Shown here one piece after another: positions 63,599 through 64,000 of a stretch of DNA of 64,000 bases. The stretch covers positions 2,383-66,382 of the forward strand of contig CAMBDS010000012.1 in the NCBI GenBank assembly GCA_945865405.1, written 5' to 3'. A program made the translations under genes and the position numbers. This stretch comes from Caldithrix abyssi DSM 13497 (lineage in GTDB: Bacteria; Electryoneota; AABM5-125-24; Hatepunaeales; Hatepunaeaceae). Within the stretch, counting starts at the first letter, position 1. Every line of letters begins with the position of its first letter. The notes below the pieces were generated by a model. That model was not told where the DNA came from. It saw only the letters and a program-made list of their open reading frames with translations, and made no database searches.

Positions 63599-64000
63599 CT
63601 AAAGGTTTGGAGTTATGCTTTCGTTCGATTGCTTCTTTTTCAATACAGCAACGAACACGCCGTCTGCGTCGATTTCAGTTCCCCATAGATTGAGTCGTTT
63701 CGATTCGGATTTAATCGAATCCGGAAGCGAACCTTGAGCAGACAGGTCTTCAAAGTCACTTCTCTCCTCAAGGAACCGAGTGACTACCCCATCGTTCTCT
63801 TCAGGTTCGACCGAGCATGTGCTATAAACAATTCGCCCGTTCGACTTCAAACGGTCGGCAGCGTAATTTAGCAACGATAACTGGACAGATGACATACGTC
63901 TAATGTCATCAGGCGATCTCCTCCAACGAAGATCTGGGCGGCGAGCGAGTACACCCGTTCCACTGCAGGGAGCATCAACCAGGATCGCATCGAATTTCTT
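63599..64000 (-). CDS. rsmB: 16S rRNA (cytosine-C5)-methyltransferase RsmB/Sun family; N-terminus lies outside the window
   Basis: The minus-strand frame is open to the window edge. My translation reads KKFDAILVDAPCSGTGVLARRPDLRWRRSPDDIRRMSSVQLSLLNYAADRLKSNGRIVYSTCSVEPEENDGVV, the NOL1/NOP2/Sun catalytic motifs. The track shows only the internal-Met fragment. Confidence 0.85.
   Translation of the reverse strand, partial: KKFDAILVDAPCSGTGVLARRPDLRWRRSPDDIRRMSSVQLSLLNYAADRLKSNGRIVYSTCSVEPEENDGVVTRFLEERSDFEDLSAQGSLPDSIKSESKRLNLWGTEIDADGVFVAVLKKKQSNESITPNL

Noticed and set aside
1-64000. Search for CRISPR arrays, tRNA/rRNA/tmRNA genes, transposases, integrases, prophage genes or recognisable defence systems.
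   Set aside because: No direct-repeat/spacer arrays were found. No cloverleaf-compatible sequence occurs in the few intergenic regions longer than 100 nt (22909-23282, 33111-33364, 42200-42379, 46236-46424, 59843-59990, 61793-62086). No ORF carries DDE, tyrosine-recombinase or serine-recombinase motifs. This was inspection by eye only; tRNAscan-SE or Infernal would be decisive.

Overview
This 64-kb chromosomal segment has 39 protein-coding genes, 38 of them on the minus strand; only rpsT is on the plus strand. I found no rRNA, tRNA, CRISPR array, transposase or integrase. Genes are tightly packed, often with ATGA or TAATG stop/start overlaps. Several starts have clear Shine-Dalgarno sequences (GGGAGG, GGAGAGG, GAGGA), and a few intergenic regions carry sigma70-like TTGACx-N17/18-TAxAxT promoters.

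The window has three parts:
- **1-16971:** housekeeping genes (tsaD, YbbR-like, OppF-like ATPase, trkA, serS), then a roughly 10-kb Wzx/Wzy-type polysaccharide locus (5466-15417), then an aldehyde dehydrogenase.
- **17089-42199:** a 24-kb block of four consecutive genes (1939, 355, about 2907 and about 2944 aa). Each has a signal peptide and a C-terminal YPNPFN-type T9SS type A sorting domain.
- **42380-64000:** housekeeping genes (FabK/NMO-like, bcp, priA, ubiE-like, split transketolase, cdsA, rlpA, pyrD/pyrK, rpsT, guaB, rpe, rsmB) plus a putative PorV/PorQ-like outer-membrane barrel, an MA-type metallopeptidase, a TPR-TonB lipoprotein and a kinase-less PASTA protein.

The most interesting signal is in the T9SS cargo block. 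A module of about 115 aa that I cannot assign to any family I know occurs at least 12 times across all four genes. Its consensus is roughly H[FW].F..N[HM]S[LIV]L[IV]..GDE[IV]G[VA]FT..G.CAG..G[IV]AAWGDD..GF..GE...F..WD. In three of the genes it begins right after the signal peptide. It is interleaved with Ig-like 'choice-of-anchor D'/ASH-type domains and followed by cadherin-like arrays. The 2907-aa protein also contains an internal duplication of about 610 aa with a second unassigned region of about 240 aa.

The T9SS tails suggest an uncultured FCB-superphylum-type bacterium; this is inference only. All functional calls come from reading the translated ORFs against remembered family motifs. 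No database search was run.
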